Shown here one piece after another: positions 36,490 to 45,436 of a stretch of 64,000 nucleotides of DNA. The stretch is taken from UHGV virus genome UHGV-0311442. One strand, 5' to 3'. Under the pieces are notes generated by a model. That model saw only the letters and a list, made by a program, of their open reading frames with translations, did no database searches and had not been told where the DNA came from. Source of the stretch: a virus. Each line of letters starts with the position of its first letter. Position 1 is the first letter of the stretch. Made by a program: the position numbers and the translations under genes.

Positions 36490-36864
36490 TCAGACCGTTA
36501 GTTCTCCACATAACTCAACGTCGATACCGAACGTCATTCCCACTTCTTGAAGTTTGTTCGCCAGTAGGTGACGATGACAAAACTTACCTGCGGGACAATA
36601 GCACATCAAAACCAAATCTTCGTGTCTAAGCAACGAGACCAACGTTTCGGCATCGGTATCTAACAGTCGTTCGAGTTTGTACAAATACTTTACCGTGTAT
36701 TCACGCTCAGCGGCAGCGTCTTGGGCAGAATTTTTATACGCCATTAGGAAATCCCAGTCGGGGGCGAGTTCCTTTCGCCCTGACTTCACAGTGATATCCA
36801 CTGCGTGAAATCCTTTTTGCTTAGCTAACCGCCACTTAGCGAGTTGTAGCGTCCAGATACGCAT
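36490..36864 (-). CDS. Small conserved hypothetical protein with CYCPAGKFCHR Cys/His motif
   Basis: ORF; motif suggests possible metal binding; family not assigned. Confidence 0.55.
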   Translation of the reverse strand: MRIWTLQLAKWRLAKQKGFHAVDITVKSGRKELAPDWDFLMAYKNSAQDAAAEREYTVKYLYKLERLLDTDAETLVSLLRHEDLVLMCYCPAGKFCHRHLLANKLQEVGMTFGIDVELCGELTV

Positions 36865-37064
36865 TAGGAACGAGTCTGCGATTCAGCCATCAGCGCACAA
36901 CTTTTTACAGCCTGTGCATGAAGCTCTGTACCTGGTGTGTAATCCTTTATACAATCCTGATACAATTCACGTTTTGTTTCTAGAACACGATTATCGTACT
37001 CAGCACTTGCTAGTGCACCTGCGATAAGGATAAAAACTAGAATCGGCAACCAAATTTTCATCAT
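36864..37064 (-). CDS. Small secreted/membrane protein (66 aa)
   Basis: N-terminal hydrophobic signal-like segment MMKIWLPILVFILIAGALASA; paralog of the adjacent 69-aa ORF. Confidence 0.5.
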   Translation of the reverse strand: MMKIWLPILVFILIAGALASAEYDNRVLETKRELYQDCIKDYTPGTELHAQAVKSCALMAESQTRS

Positions 37065-37270
37065 CCATCTCCCATACGTTTAGCGTATTCCGTACACGCC
37101 ATTACTAATTCGGCGTAACGTGGATTATCTACAGTAGTACCTGACATACATTCACGGTAAAGGGTCTCTCTACGTGATTCGTCAGACGTCTTAACGTAGA
37201 ACATCAGCATCGATACAATCAGCGCAGTTGAAACAATTGCCGAGATGATATATCCGTCATTTATTTTCAT
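37061..37270 (-). CDS. Small membrane protein (69 aa)
   Basis: TM segment IISAIVSTALIVSMLMFYV; shares the LY..C...(9-13)...A...AC..A pattern with the neighbour. Confidence 0.5.
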   Translation of the reverse strand: MKINDGYIISAIVSTALIVSMLMFYVKTSDESRRETLYRECMSGTTVDNPRYAELVMACTEYAKRMGDG

Positions 37271-37787
37271 CTATAAAACACCATGGTTCTGGATAAAACT
37301 CTGTAAGTAAATCAACGTAAAAACTATGTAAATTTGTTAGCGTTATAACACGCCCTAACAAATCATGCTCAGTACGGTGATAAATCACTACAGAAGTTTC
37401 TGATACACGTTTAACATGTATATGGCCCACATCTTTAATGCTCTGATACAATCGTCCGAAATCGACCGTACCGACCGCATCAGATGAGTCCGTAACCGAG
37501 TACCGTATACGTGGGGTTTCATTCCCCACCATCGATAAAAATTCCGCTGCTGTTATTGCATAAACCTGCCCTGAAAAGGATAGGTGGGGAATTACCTCTT
37601 TACGTAATGCACTACTTGAAATCTTAGCAAAGACCTGAGTTTCCTTTAGGCGCATTATTTCGCCCAATTTCTTCAAGTCTTTGTTATAATTCAGAAAAGC
37701 AACCACCTTTTCATCGTGCGTAATCGGCGGCCATTCGACCGCCTTTGCCCGACATTGCCTAAACCAACTCACAAGTCGCGCTATCAC
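37257..37787 (-). CDS. Hypothetical protein
   Basis: ORF. Confidence 0.6.
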   Translation of the reverse strand: MIARLVSWFRQCRAKAVEWPPITHDEKVVAFLNYNKDLKKLGEIMRLKETQVFAKISSSALRKEVIPHLSFSGQVYAITAAEFLSMVGNETPRIRYSVTDSSDAVGTVDFGRLYQSIKDVGHIHVKRVSETSVVIYHRTEHDLLGRVITLTNLHSFYVDLLTEFYPEPWCFIDENK

Positions 37788-37789
37788 GT

Positions 37790-38482
37790 TTAGTAATCCT
37801 CTTCCTGATTCACTACCGATTGGATACGGGTTGCGACTTCGTTAGTGTCCAGGTCAGTTTCGTCTACTTTATCCACGAGCTTCTGTACTTTACGTACATG
37901 GGATTCAGTAACATCAAAACGACCACGATCGGCTAACAGCAACGTTACCATATCCTTACGCGAAACCATCAGTTCTTCTTCAGGTAAGTGTAAGGATTTG
38001 TCTAACAGACCCGAATGCATGAAGTTTTCCAGTAAGCGTTCTTCTCCCTGGTCAAAATCATAACGTTCGTTAGGTGCAGCAACAAAAGCGTAACCGAAGT
38101 AGTTTTCTTCCGTCTCACGTAGCGACTTGATGATCTTGTCACCGTGTTGACAGAAATCACTTAACGTGTAGTCGTCAAGCGTTGCCACGATGGTTTCTGC
38201 TTGCACGCCGTTATCTGTTTCGTACAGATGCGCAACCCAGAGTTTCCAGTTACGTGGCTCGTCAAACAAACCACCGATTAACATATCGGTAGCCGCCATG
38301 CGCATACGCGGTGACGTTGTAAACTGGAAACCACGACCTGCGTACGGACCGATAGGACGAATAGAGCTACCGACGAAAGTAATGCGGTTTAACGCATTCT
38401 CAGCAATAGTGTGCGCAGTGCGCTTAGCGGCTGCTTTCGGGTTATACTTTTTGTTACGAGGTTTCTTTTGTTTGGTAGCCAT
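37790..38482 (-). CDS. Hypothetical protein (basic N-terminus)
   Basis: ORF. Confidence 0.6.
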   Translation of the reverse strand: MATKQKKPRNKKYNPKAAAKRTAHTIAENALNRITFVGSSIRPIGPYAGRGFQFTTSPRMRMAATDMLIGGLFDEPRNWKLWVAHLYETDNGVQAETIVATLDDYTLSDFCQHGDKIIKSLRETEENYFGYAFVAAPNERYDFDQGEERLLENFMHSGLLDKSLHLPEEELMVSRKDMVTLLLADRGRFDVTESHVRKVQKLVDKVDETDLDTNEVATRIQSVVNQEEDY

Positions 38483-38964
38483 TATTTATTCTCAACTAAT
38501 ACGGTGTGAAATGCTTTATAAAGAGCTTGACGTGTCTCAACTAACGCAGGGCGATTAATCAAGCACATGTATCCGATTTTCCAAGACCAGTAAGAAGTGT
38601 CATCGGTATTTAATCCATAGTCAGGTTCAAGATATACCAAATCCGTGTATGCATCTGGTATATAAAGACGACACAAACTAAGATTCCAGAAATTCGGTAA
38701 ATCTGATTTTGCAAGTTCGGTCATAACCTGCATTGGAATCTGACTTCCAATAGCGTCTGTTGCAAAAACGATATGCAAATTTCCAGGTGACTTAGAATAC
38801 ATACCGTGACCTTCACAACTCCACATTGTCGCCAAGTGCGGATGGTCGTTGATTAGCTTGCAGGTGTCACGAACACCTTTTTCAATATAGCCGTTTTTAA
38901 CTGCAAACTGAGCACGCTCTTTAAATGACGCCAACCTTTCTGCATCAACAGAAAATTGATTCAT
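38482..38964 (-). CDS. Hypothetical protein
   Basis: ORF. Confidence 0.6.
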   Translation of the reverse strand: MNQFSVDAERLASFKERAQFAVKNGYIEKGVRDTCKLINDHPHLATMWSCEGHGMYSKSPGNLHIVFATDAIGSQIPMQVMTELAKSDLPNFWNLSLCRLYIPDAYTDLVYLEPDYGLNTDDTSYWSWKIGYMCLINRPALVETRQALYKAFHTVLVENK

Positions 38965-39467
38965 GTTGGGTTCTTCCCTAAAATTATCTCACGCATTTCC
39001 AGGTAGGTGTCAAACGGCACCACGGTGTCTTTATAACGTAGCGTTACGTAGGTTACAAAATGTTGGGGTGCCAGGAAAGGACGTTTTGGTGACCCGTCGT
39101 GATTGTAATACTGCTTCGGACGATATTTGTTGAAAATATCTTCCCGTGGGAACAATGATTTCTGAATAACCACTTCCCAACGGTGTGGCGTTTCCAAGAG
39201 CCCAATACGGATCAGCATACCGTCTACCCACCGGCTCATGTTTTCGGTTAATACGAAACTGACGTGGTGGTGCTGTACCTCTGCTAACGCGACTTCGGGT
39301 TCTTTATCCAGTCGCATTAATACCGCAAACAGTGGGCGATAATCAGAATCGTACAAGTCACGGAAAGCAGTTTTCTCACGCTGTTTAAACAACTCAACAA
39401 TTTCTTTAGATTCGAAGTAATTCATTTTGAAATCCCCAATTCGTAAGTAACTAAATCGAACAAACAC
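38961..39467 (-). CDS. Hypothetical protein
   Basis: ORF. Confidence 0.6.
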   Translation of the reverse strand: MFVRFSYLRIGDFKMNYFESKEIVELFKQREKTAFRDLYDSDYRPLFAVLMRLDKEPEVALAEVQHHHVSFVLTENMSRWVDGMLIRIGLLETPHRWEVVIQKSLFPREDIFNKYRPKQYYNHDGSPKRPFLAPQHFVTYVTLRYKDTVVPFDTYLEMREIILGKNPT

Positions 39468-39817
39468 ATTTCCAGCATCGCTTGATACAACGTGTGTTCC
39501 CCATTACCCACAAAACCATTGTTCAACATTTTATACGTATCTATTCCAAACATCGTCTTTACGTCTATAGGACGTTTTTCGAGAATACGTAATAGCGATA
39601 TTTCCATTACAATCCAATAAGCAGGCTCAACCTTAATTCTGAATAACGGATTGATTTTACTTATTGTTTTATCCCAAATATTAAACCAGCGAACCCATTC
39701 TGTGCTATTCTGGGGTTTACGCAATCTAAGACGCGTATACGGTGAGTTGTTATATTGGTCGATAAATGTCCTAACGACATCAGCTTTTCTTGACATTATA
39801 CCTATTATTGCGGTCAT
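39422..39817 (-). CDS. Hypothetical protein
   Basis: ORF. Confidence 0.55.
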   Translation of the reverse strand: MTAIIGIMSRKADVVRTFIDQYNNSPYTRLRLRKPQNSTEWVRWFNIWDKTISKINPLFRIKVEPAYWIVMEISLLRILEKRPIDVKTMFGIDTYKMLNNGFVGNGEHTLYQAMLEMCLFDLVTYELGISK

Positions 39818-39863
39818 CTCTATATTCTCCTAATCATTAAAATAGCCGCAGTTGTAAAAAAGA

Positions 39864-40385
39864 CTACGGGTTAAAAGGCAGCGGTTTGCAATCCCGCTTT
39901 TTCAACTCCTCTACTAACTCAGGTAATGTACACCAACGTTTAAATTGGTTGTTAGCTTTAAAGTGGCTGAGAATCTCCTCAATGCGCTCAATAGACCACT
40001 TCCCTTTCCCTACGTTGTCTAGATCCTTACGTACCGAGAGCGTCTCAATGGTAAACGCTAACTCTGAACTATCCGAGTGGTCGTACAACAATCTTACTGG
40101 TGTTGGTTGGTGTAGCGTAACACGCCACCCTGACTCTTTAGCCCAGTAGACGTCTTTAATTCGACCGCTGACGTCAATTACGGAACTGATATAAGTCCAA
40201 TCACTATCCAGTTTGTTCTTTTCGGCGGTTAATGCATCTTCTAATCGTAAGGAGTTAGGGGACGGAATCCACCAACCGTACTTACCGTAATAATCGTCTA
40301 TTACAGTAATACCTTCGTAATACAAATATTGTGTTTTTGTATTAACGAATATTTCATCGCCAATTAAAACCGCGTTTATCTTCAT
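39864..40385 (-). CDS. Hypothetical protein
   Basis: ORF. Confidence 0.6.
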   Translation of the reverse strand: MKINAVLIGDEIFVNTKTQYLYYEGITVIDDYYGKYGWWIPSPNSLRLEDALTAEKNKLDSDWTYISSVIDVSGRIKDVYWAKESGWRVTLHQPTPVRLLYDHSDSSELAFTIETLSVRKDLDNVGKGKWSIERIEEILSHFKANNQFKRWCTLPELVEELKKRDCKPLPFNP

Positions 40386-40870
40386 CGTAAGTGCTTCCTG
40401 TAAAACAAGTCATAGGCGGTCGAGCTAGATGGATCAATAGAACCTACCAATGGCATAATTTTCTTTTCTGATATTCCAGTTGCCCAAGCAGCTCGCGCAA
40501 AACCTCCGCCAGAACCCGTTGTCCAAACCGCATTTTTATTTATTACAAACGTTTTAAACTTATCTGCTACTAATGTCAGCCAATGTGTTTCTTTAGCCGT
40601 AAAAATGACGATTTGATCGTATATTCGCTCTTTTTCGATAAGATCCGCAAGCAAGGGCTCAACCTTCTTACGTTTATCCTCGTCTAAATATTCTTCTATA
40701 GCAGCGGTAATCGACATTTTCCAAAACTCGGTGTCCAGTACACGTTCACCTGTATAGAAAACAAACTTGTTTTTGTGTTTATGCAGTTTGGGCAATTCTT
40801 TAACCGTACCAGCATAATCCACAAGTCGGTCAGCTAAAATGTAATCCTTTGTTACCAATACCGTTGTCAT
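40382..40870 (-). CDS. HslV-like Ntn-hydrolase (proteasome beta-subunit homolog)
   Basis: RBS gaggtg before ATG 40870 gives N-terminus MTTVLV (Thr at +2 as in HslV MTTIV); C-terminal TGSGGGFARAAWATG matches HslV IGSGGPYAQAAARAL; ORF-track start 40984 reads through the upstream terminator. Confidence 0.55.
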   Translation of the reverse strand: MTTVLVTKDYILADRLVDYAGTVKELPKLHKHKNKFVFYTGERVLDTEFWKMSITAAIEEYLDEDKRKKVEPLLADLIEKERIYDQIVIFTAKETHWLTLVADKFKTFVINKNAVWTTGSGGGFARAAWATGISEKKIMPLVGSIDPSSSTAYDLFYRKHLR

Positions 40871-40897
40871 CACACACCTCGAAGAAAAATAAAAGTA

Positions 40898-40922
40898 CCC
40901 TCTCTCCAGACGGAGAGAGGGG
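40898..40922 (-). terminator. Rho-independent terminator (repeated hairpin, copy 1)
   Basis: ccctctctccagacggagagaggg palindrome with T-run on minus strand; near-identical copy at 41963-41988. Confidence 0.6.
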
Positions 40923-40928
40923 CACTGC

Positions 40929-41198
40929 TTAAATCTTACGGCTGCTACCGTAGCAGCCACAACCTGCTGTCGTTTTCGCAGCACTGACCGGTGCTAACGC
41001 AGCCATCGTACCATCGGCCTTAACAATGTGTAAGTTATTTACGCGAGTCAGACCTTTAAAGGTAATCTTCACACCCTTGCGTAAACTCTTCACATCAAAA
41101 CCGTCGAGTTTGAGTGTTTTAACCTTTTCAGGTTTACCTTCTTCGTAATAGGAAAGAACATTACCTGCACGTTTTTCAACAATATAAATCTTACCCAT
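40929..41198 (-). CDS. Hypothetical protein (89 aa)
   Basis: ORF preceded by the promoter-like motif. Confidence 0.55.
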   Translation of the reverse strand: MGKIYIVEKRAGNVLSYYEEGKPEKVKTLKLDGFDVKSLRKGVKITFKGLTRVNNLHIVKADGTMAALAPVSAAKTTAGCGCYGSSRKI

Positions 41199-41220
41199 TT
41201 TAGATTACTCCATTTAGTTA

Positions 41221-41263
41221 AGTGAGAATTCTCACATAGATGAAATATATCTTAAATTTTTTA
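41221..41263 (-). promoter_or_regulatory. Conserved promoter-like motif plus hairpin (copy 4, diverged)
   Basis: gtgagaattctcac palindrome then ATAGATGAAATATATCTTAAATTTTTT. Confidence 0.35.
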
Positions 41264-41271
41264 GACAATTA

Positions 41272-41592
41272 TCAGCATAGCGCGATGTTAACCGACTTAC
41301 CAGGTAGCGGGAAATGCTGAAGTTCTATCGATAGAAGTTTCCTGTCAATAGTCAGTATTTCATCAACGTTGGGCGTAAGACGGAATACAGCGCGCGGTAA
41401 CGTGAATGGCACATTCGACGAGCAGTTGTTTAACAGTATCTGATCCTGAGAATAGTCAATTTCTACCACCCTCGCAATTACCCAACGTTCGTGAATCTCA
41501 CCACCTAGAGGTGCGGCGAGTACCCGTTGCAAGCGCTGTGAATTCGTTTCATCGGTATTAGTGTGGTTTTGGTTCGACATAAGTTTCCCCAA
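41272..41592 (-). CDS. Hypothetical protein
   Basis: ORF. Confidence 0.55.
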   Translation of the reverse strand: MGKLMSNQNHTNTDETNSQRLQRVLAAPLGGEIHERWVIARVVEIDYSQDQILLNNCSSNVPFTLPRAVFRLTPNVDEILTIDRKLLSIELQHFPLPGKSVNIALC

Positions 41593-41893
41593 ACACGTAT
41601 ACGTGTTCAGTCACGTATGCAGATTCTGTTTCAAGCGTCGGTTTAGCGACACGCCACTTCCATGCGCCGGTTTCAGGATCTTGCCAGGACAACAAAAGAG
41701 AACCCTCACAAATTTCAGAGGTATCGACCTCAGGGTGGAACAACATGAATTCGTTTTCGTTGTCGTCCACTACGACGAATTGGCCTTCTTCTACCCTTTC
41801 GAACTTAGCAACACCTACTACAGTTGCCGGTTCCCCAACGGTAAACACCATTTCTTGTTTTGGTAAATCACGGTGAATCGCACTTAACCACAT
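41558..41893 (-). CDS. Hypothetical protein
   Basis: ORF. Confidence 0.55.
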   Translation of the reverse strand: MWLSAIHRDLPKQEMVFTVGEPATVVGVAKFERVEEGQFVVVDDNENEFMLFHPEVDTSEICEGSLLLSWQDPETGAWKWRVAKPTLETESAYVTEHVYVFGETYVEPKPH

Positions 41894-41962
41894 TTAAGCT
41901 GTTCCTCAATTAATTTTTGTTTACGTGTGCATAATTAGACACGAAAGCGTAAAAATAAATAC

Positions 41963-41988
41963 TCCCTCTCTCCAAACGGAGAGAGGGA
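41963..41988 (-). terminator. Rho-independent terminator (repeated hairpin, copy 2)
   Basis: tccctctctccaaacggagagaggga with T-run on minus strand. Confidence 0.6.
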
Positions 41989-41992
41989 AAGT

Positions 41993-42499
41993 TTACAGTA
42001 CGTTTTCTTCGCGATCGTCTACTAAAATAGAAGTAATCACATAGCGCGCTAAGCGACTGCGTGCTTCTTCCGTTTCTTCTTCAGAAGGTAGCTGTTCGCC
42101 CGCAGGTGCACACAACGTTAGCCCAGACTCACGAAGCTGTTCGGTATAGTCTTCCACGGCGGAGTCGAACGTACCGCGAATACCTGCTACCGCATCCATA
42201 ATCTCGTCGTTCGGAATAATGGATTCTTTTAGCACAGCGTGAGCATCCGTAGGCTCTACCATTTGCAGGTTCTGTTCTACCAGCAACGCCTGTTTCGCTA
42301 AGCTGTCGGTGATAAAGCAAGACAGAATCTTTTCGAAATCGTCTAACGAGAATTCGGTGTCTTCAGATGCCCCGGTAATCAGTTGCCCGTAGCGATTAAA
42401 GAATTCTTTACAACGTGTTTCGTAGTCAGCTTCTAAGTCGCGAACACCGAGATCAAAATCGTGCTGCTCAAGCTGATTAAAATCCAGAGTCTCTTTCAT
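41993..42499 (-). CDS. Hypothetical acidic protein
   Basis: ORF. Confidence 0.6.
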   Translation of the reverse strand: MKETLDFNQLEQHDFDLGVRDLEADYETRCKEFFNRYGQLITGASEDTEFSLDDFEKILSCFITDSLAKQALLVEQNLQMVEPTDAHAVLKESIIPNDEIMDAVAGIRGTFDSAVEDYTEQLRESGLTLCAPAGEQLPSEEETEEARSRLARYVITSILVDDREENVL

Positions 42500-42537
42500 C
42501 TCTAAGTCTCCAGTTAAGAGGTCATATTACCTGCTGG

Positions 42538-42765
42538 TTAGAGTGCCAACGTTAACCCGGTATGGGTTTCTACTGAACCAACACCGTCACGCGCTTTTGC
42601 TTTGGCGATGAGTTTGTCAATCACGCGCTGATGGCTACGAGTAATGACTTTACCTGGATAACCGATAATCAGCACGTTCTCAGTATTAATAACCGCCGAG
42701 AATTCGTTATCACCTGCGACGTAAGTAATCTTTTTGTCTTTGGTTACAATACGTTTGATTTCCAT
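42538..42765 (-). CDS. Hypothetical protein (75 aa)
   Basis: ORF. Confidence 0.5.
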   Translation of the reverse strand: MEIKRIVTKDKKITYVAGDNEFSAVINTENVLIIGYPGKVITRSHQRVIDKLIAKAKARDGVGSVETHTGLTLAL

Positions 42766-42774
42766 TCAATGTCC

Positions 42775-43548
42775 TTAAAAGATAAAATGGCCAGTTAATG
42801 CTTCTACTTCAACACCAGACATTGCTGGAGGTGCTGAGTATGGAAAAGTAAGACGCACGGTTGCACCCTTTAAATACGCAATACGGCAGTATGCGGTCAA
42901 GAGCGCATTCCCGTAAGTACGGTCGTTATAGAAGAAACCTTCGGTTGCAAACGTCTTTTCGTTGATTTTCGAATAGACTAAAATACCTTCAACTTTACCG
43001 TCTTTACGACAGCACAGCCCTTCGGCAGCCCCAATAGCTAACAATCCCAGGGAGTACGTATCCAAACTGACATTAGCCACCTTAGGAATCGTAAACGTTT
43101 CTTCTAACGTTAGAGATTCAATGTCAACTACATCAGGTAAATCGGTGGGAACTTCGGGTTCTTCAGTAAACGTCAGGTCATAGTCGATAGACGTCGGCTG
43201 CATACCCAAAAACGCCATTAACTGATCACGATGATTTAGGTCATTGGCAGGGTAGGCGACATCAAACATCTCCACATTTAACAACCGTTTGAGTTGTGCG
43301 AAATTGATGTTCTTCTTCGCAAACACAACGATTGCTGACATGTAGAAAATCTTACCGTCAGTGCGGCCGGAGAAGATTCCTTGCAGCTGATTCGTGTTCG
43401 AAAGAATGATAAAGGTCGGATCTTCAGATTCGCGAATGACGTCCTTTTCCAGTAACCCTTTCCGTACACGGGTTAGTGAAACCATTTTCCCGTCCACACC
43501 AATTGCTAAATGGTCATTACGATAATCGTGGATATCCACTATGCGCAT
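42775..43548 (-). CDS. Hypothetical protein
   Basis: ORF. Confidence 0.6.
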   Translation of the reverse strand: MRIVDIHDYRNDHLAIGVDGKMVSLTRVRKGLLEKDVIRESEDPTFIILSNTNQLQGIFSGRTDGKIFYMSAIVVFAKKNINFAQLKRLLNVEMFDVAYPANDLNHRDQLMAFLGMQPTSIDYDLTFTEEPEVPTDLPDVVDIESLTLEETFTIPKVANVSLDTYSLGLLAIGAAEGLCCRKDGKVEGILVYSKINEKTFATEGFFYNDRTYGNALLTAYCRIAYLKGATVRLTFPYSAPPAMSGVEVEALTGHFIF

Positions 43549-44363
43549 TAGAGCACTCCCAGTAATTCAGTCACTGTTTTCCGAGCGGCACCAGACGCAC
43601 CCATATAGCGACCAACTTCAATACTACGCCACTCAAAACCGTAATAAATTTCTCGGGTGAGTAGGGTGTCTGCATTTGACAAAACGACGCTGTTGCCACG
43701 TTCCACCTGCTGCTGTAGTAACTTGGCTAATTCACGATGATCCGTTTGTGAGAATTCTTTACGGTGGTATTGCGCATGTTTCGCGGTATCCGATAACGGA
43801 ATATAAGGAGGATCAGCATAAATCACGGCATCCTCAGGTGTCCGTGCTAATACAGAACGAAAGTCCTCACAAACAATTTCCAGATACTCAACTTCTGCGC
43901 AACGTTTAGCCCAATCCCGAATTTCTTCTAATGGATAATAAACGCCGTTCGGGTAACGTCCAAACGGAACATTGAACCCACCACTACTGTTATAACGACA
44001 CATCCCGTTATAACCGTGACGCATTAAGTATAAAAACATTGCAGCACGTTCAACTTCGGTCATCGTTTTACCGCTATTAAACAGTTCACGACGTTCCATA
44101 TACTTTACAGTGGTATTGCCGTCTAAGAACAACGGTTGCGATGCAGCGATCAGTTCTTCAGGCTGTTCACGCGCAACACAAAGTAAGCGTATCAAATCGG
44201 GGTTAGAATCCGATAGAATATACCGGCTGTAATTCGTATTTAGGAAAACAGACCCTGCGCCCACAAACGGTTCTACAAAGGTTGTACGTTTAGGTAAGAC
44301 CTTTTGTAATTCACCCAAAACGCGCGTTTTCCCACCCATCCATTTAATTATCGGTTTCCGCAT
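43548..44363 (-). CDS. dam: DNA adenine methyltransferase (Dam-type, GATC N6-adenine MTase)
   Basis: VEPFVGAGSVFLNT (SAM binding), LFLYLMRHGYNGMCRYNSSGGFNVPFGRY and catalytic DPPY motifs, co-linear with E. coli Dam. Confidence 0.9.
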   Translation of the reverse strand: MRKPIIKWMGGKTRVLGELQKVLPKRTTFVEPFVGAGSVFLNTNYSRYILSDSNPDLIRLLCVAREQPEELIAASQPLFLDGNTTVKYMERRELFNSGKTMTEVERAAMFLYLMRHGYNGMCRYNSSGGFNVPFGRYPNGVYYPLEEIRDWAKRCAEVEYLEIVCEDFRSVLARTPEDAVIYADPPYIPLSDTAKHAQYHRKEFSQTDHRELAKLLQQQVERGNSVVLSNADTLLTREIYYGFEWRSIEVGRYMGASGAARKTVTELLGVL

Positions 44364-45342
44364 TATATCCGCCTTGTAACGATGACACTTCGTCGACTAA
44401 CACCAATTTGACATGATTTTTCTGACGCTCCCAACTGACGACGTTTTCGTCACGCACTAAAACAAATTCGTATTCGTAGGGGCGGAATTTAAATAATTCG
44501 ACGGCCAGGTGCCTGAATGCAGGGTTGTTATTGAAACACCCTATCTCTAATGGTGCCGCTGTTGTCGATGCAATTTGTAGAGCACGATACAATAAAGTCC
44601 GTCCGATACCACGACCCCGATGTGTCTCACTTACCGCAATGGCTTTTAATTCACATTCGTTAAGATTACGCAATTTAACTTGCACCGCGCCCACAACATC
44701 GTTGCCGTCCATCCAAACGTAGGTGTGGTGGTTGACATGACGTACTAACTCCACCAACGTTTCGACTTGTGGCATGATTTGACGTGAGCGACTCACAGGG
44801 TCAGCGTTGATGTTTTCAACGACACTCGTACCCAAAAGCAACATAAGCTGTTCACGTTGTGCAGCGGTTAGCTCTTTATAAAAATCGCCGGAAATGTTCT
44901 TCACGTTTGTTGGTAGAGCGATATCCAATAACGAGCGTGTACCTAAACGATACGTAGTGTGGGTGTGTCTAAATCCTAAGTCATTAAGCTCAGCGATTTC
45001 TTCTACACCACTGGCGATTCGATTAAGATACGTAAAACCGGTATAGTCGAGTACCAGTAGCAGGTTCAGTTTGTTCAAACAACCCGGTACAATTTCATGC
45101 ATATACAAACAGTGTAACGTTGGGTCGCCGTAAATGTGTTTTGTGATGATAAACCCTTGGATTGTTTTTCCTTTTTGTAAAGAGAACGTATTCAGTTCAC
45201 TATTGCACAACGCCTCACGAATCACCGCGCCGTTAGGGCCCGATAAACATGCCTGAAGTTGAGGGTTGCGAATATCTCTACGTGCTAACCGACCTACTGT
45301 TAAATCCGTGGCGGTATGTTTTATAATCTTCATAAAAGCCAT
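44344..45342 (-). CDS. Protein with C-terminal GNAT acetyltransferase domain
   Basis: HRGRGIGRTLL acetyl-CoA binding motif (R/Q-x-x-G-x-G/A) near the C-terminus. Confidence 0.6.
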   Translation of the reverse strand: MAFMKIIKHTATDLTVGRLARRDIRNPQLQACLSGPNGAVIREALCNSELNTFSLQKGKTIQGFIITKHIYGDPTLHCLYMHEIVPGCLNKLNLLLVLDYTGFTYLNRIASGVEEIAELNDLGFRHTHTTYRLGTRSLLDIALPTNVKNISGDFYKELTAAQREQLMLLLGTSVVENINADPVSRSRQIMPQVETLVELVRHVNHHTYVWMDGNDVVGAVQVKLRNLNECELKAIAVSETHRGRGIGRTLLYRALQIASTTAAPLEIGCFNNNPAFRHLAVELFKFRPYEYEFVLVRDENVVSWERQKNHVKLVLVDEVSSLQGGYNAETDN

Positions 45343-45406
45343 GTTAATTACTCCTTAAAAGGTCGTCTCAAAACAATACGCTAAAGTTGTAAAAACAAAA
45401 AAGAAA

Positions 45407-45424
45407 GGGGAACCGAAGTTCCCC
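45407..45424 (-). terminator. Rho-independent terminator
   Basis: ggggaaccgaagttcccc hairpin with T-run on minus strand. Confidence 0.55.
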
Positions 45425-45436
45425 AATTATTAAACA

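Noticed and set aside
40871-40984. N-terminal 38-aa extension of the HslV-like ORF
   Set aside because: The extension reads through the upstream terminator hairpin and T-run; the internal ATG with RBS gives the HslV-like MTT N-terminus.
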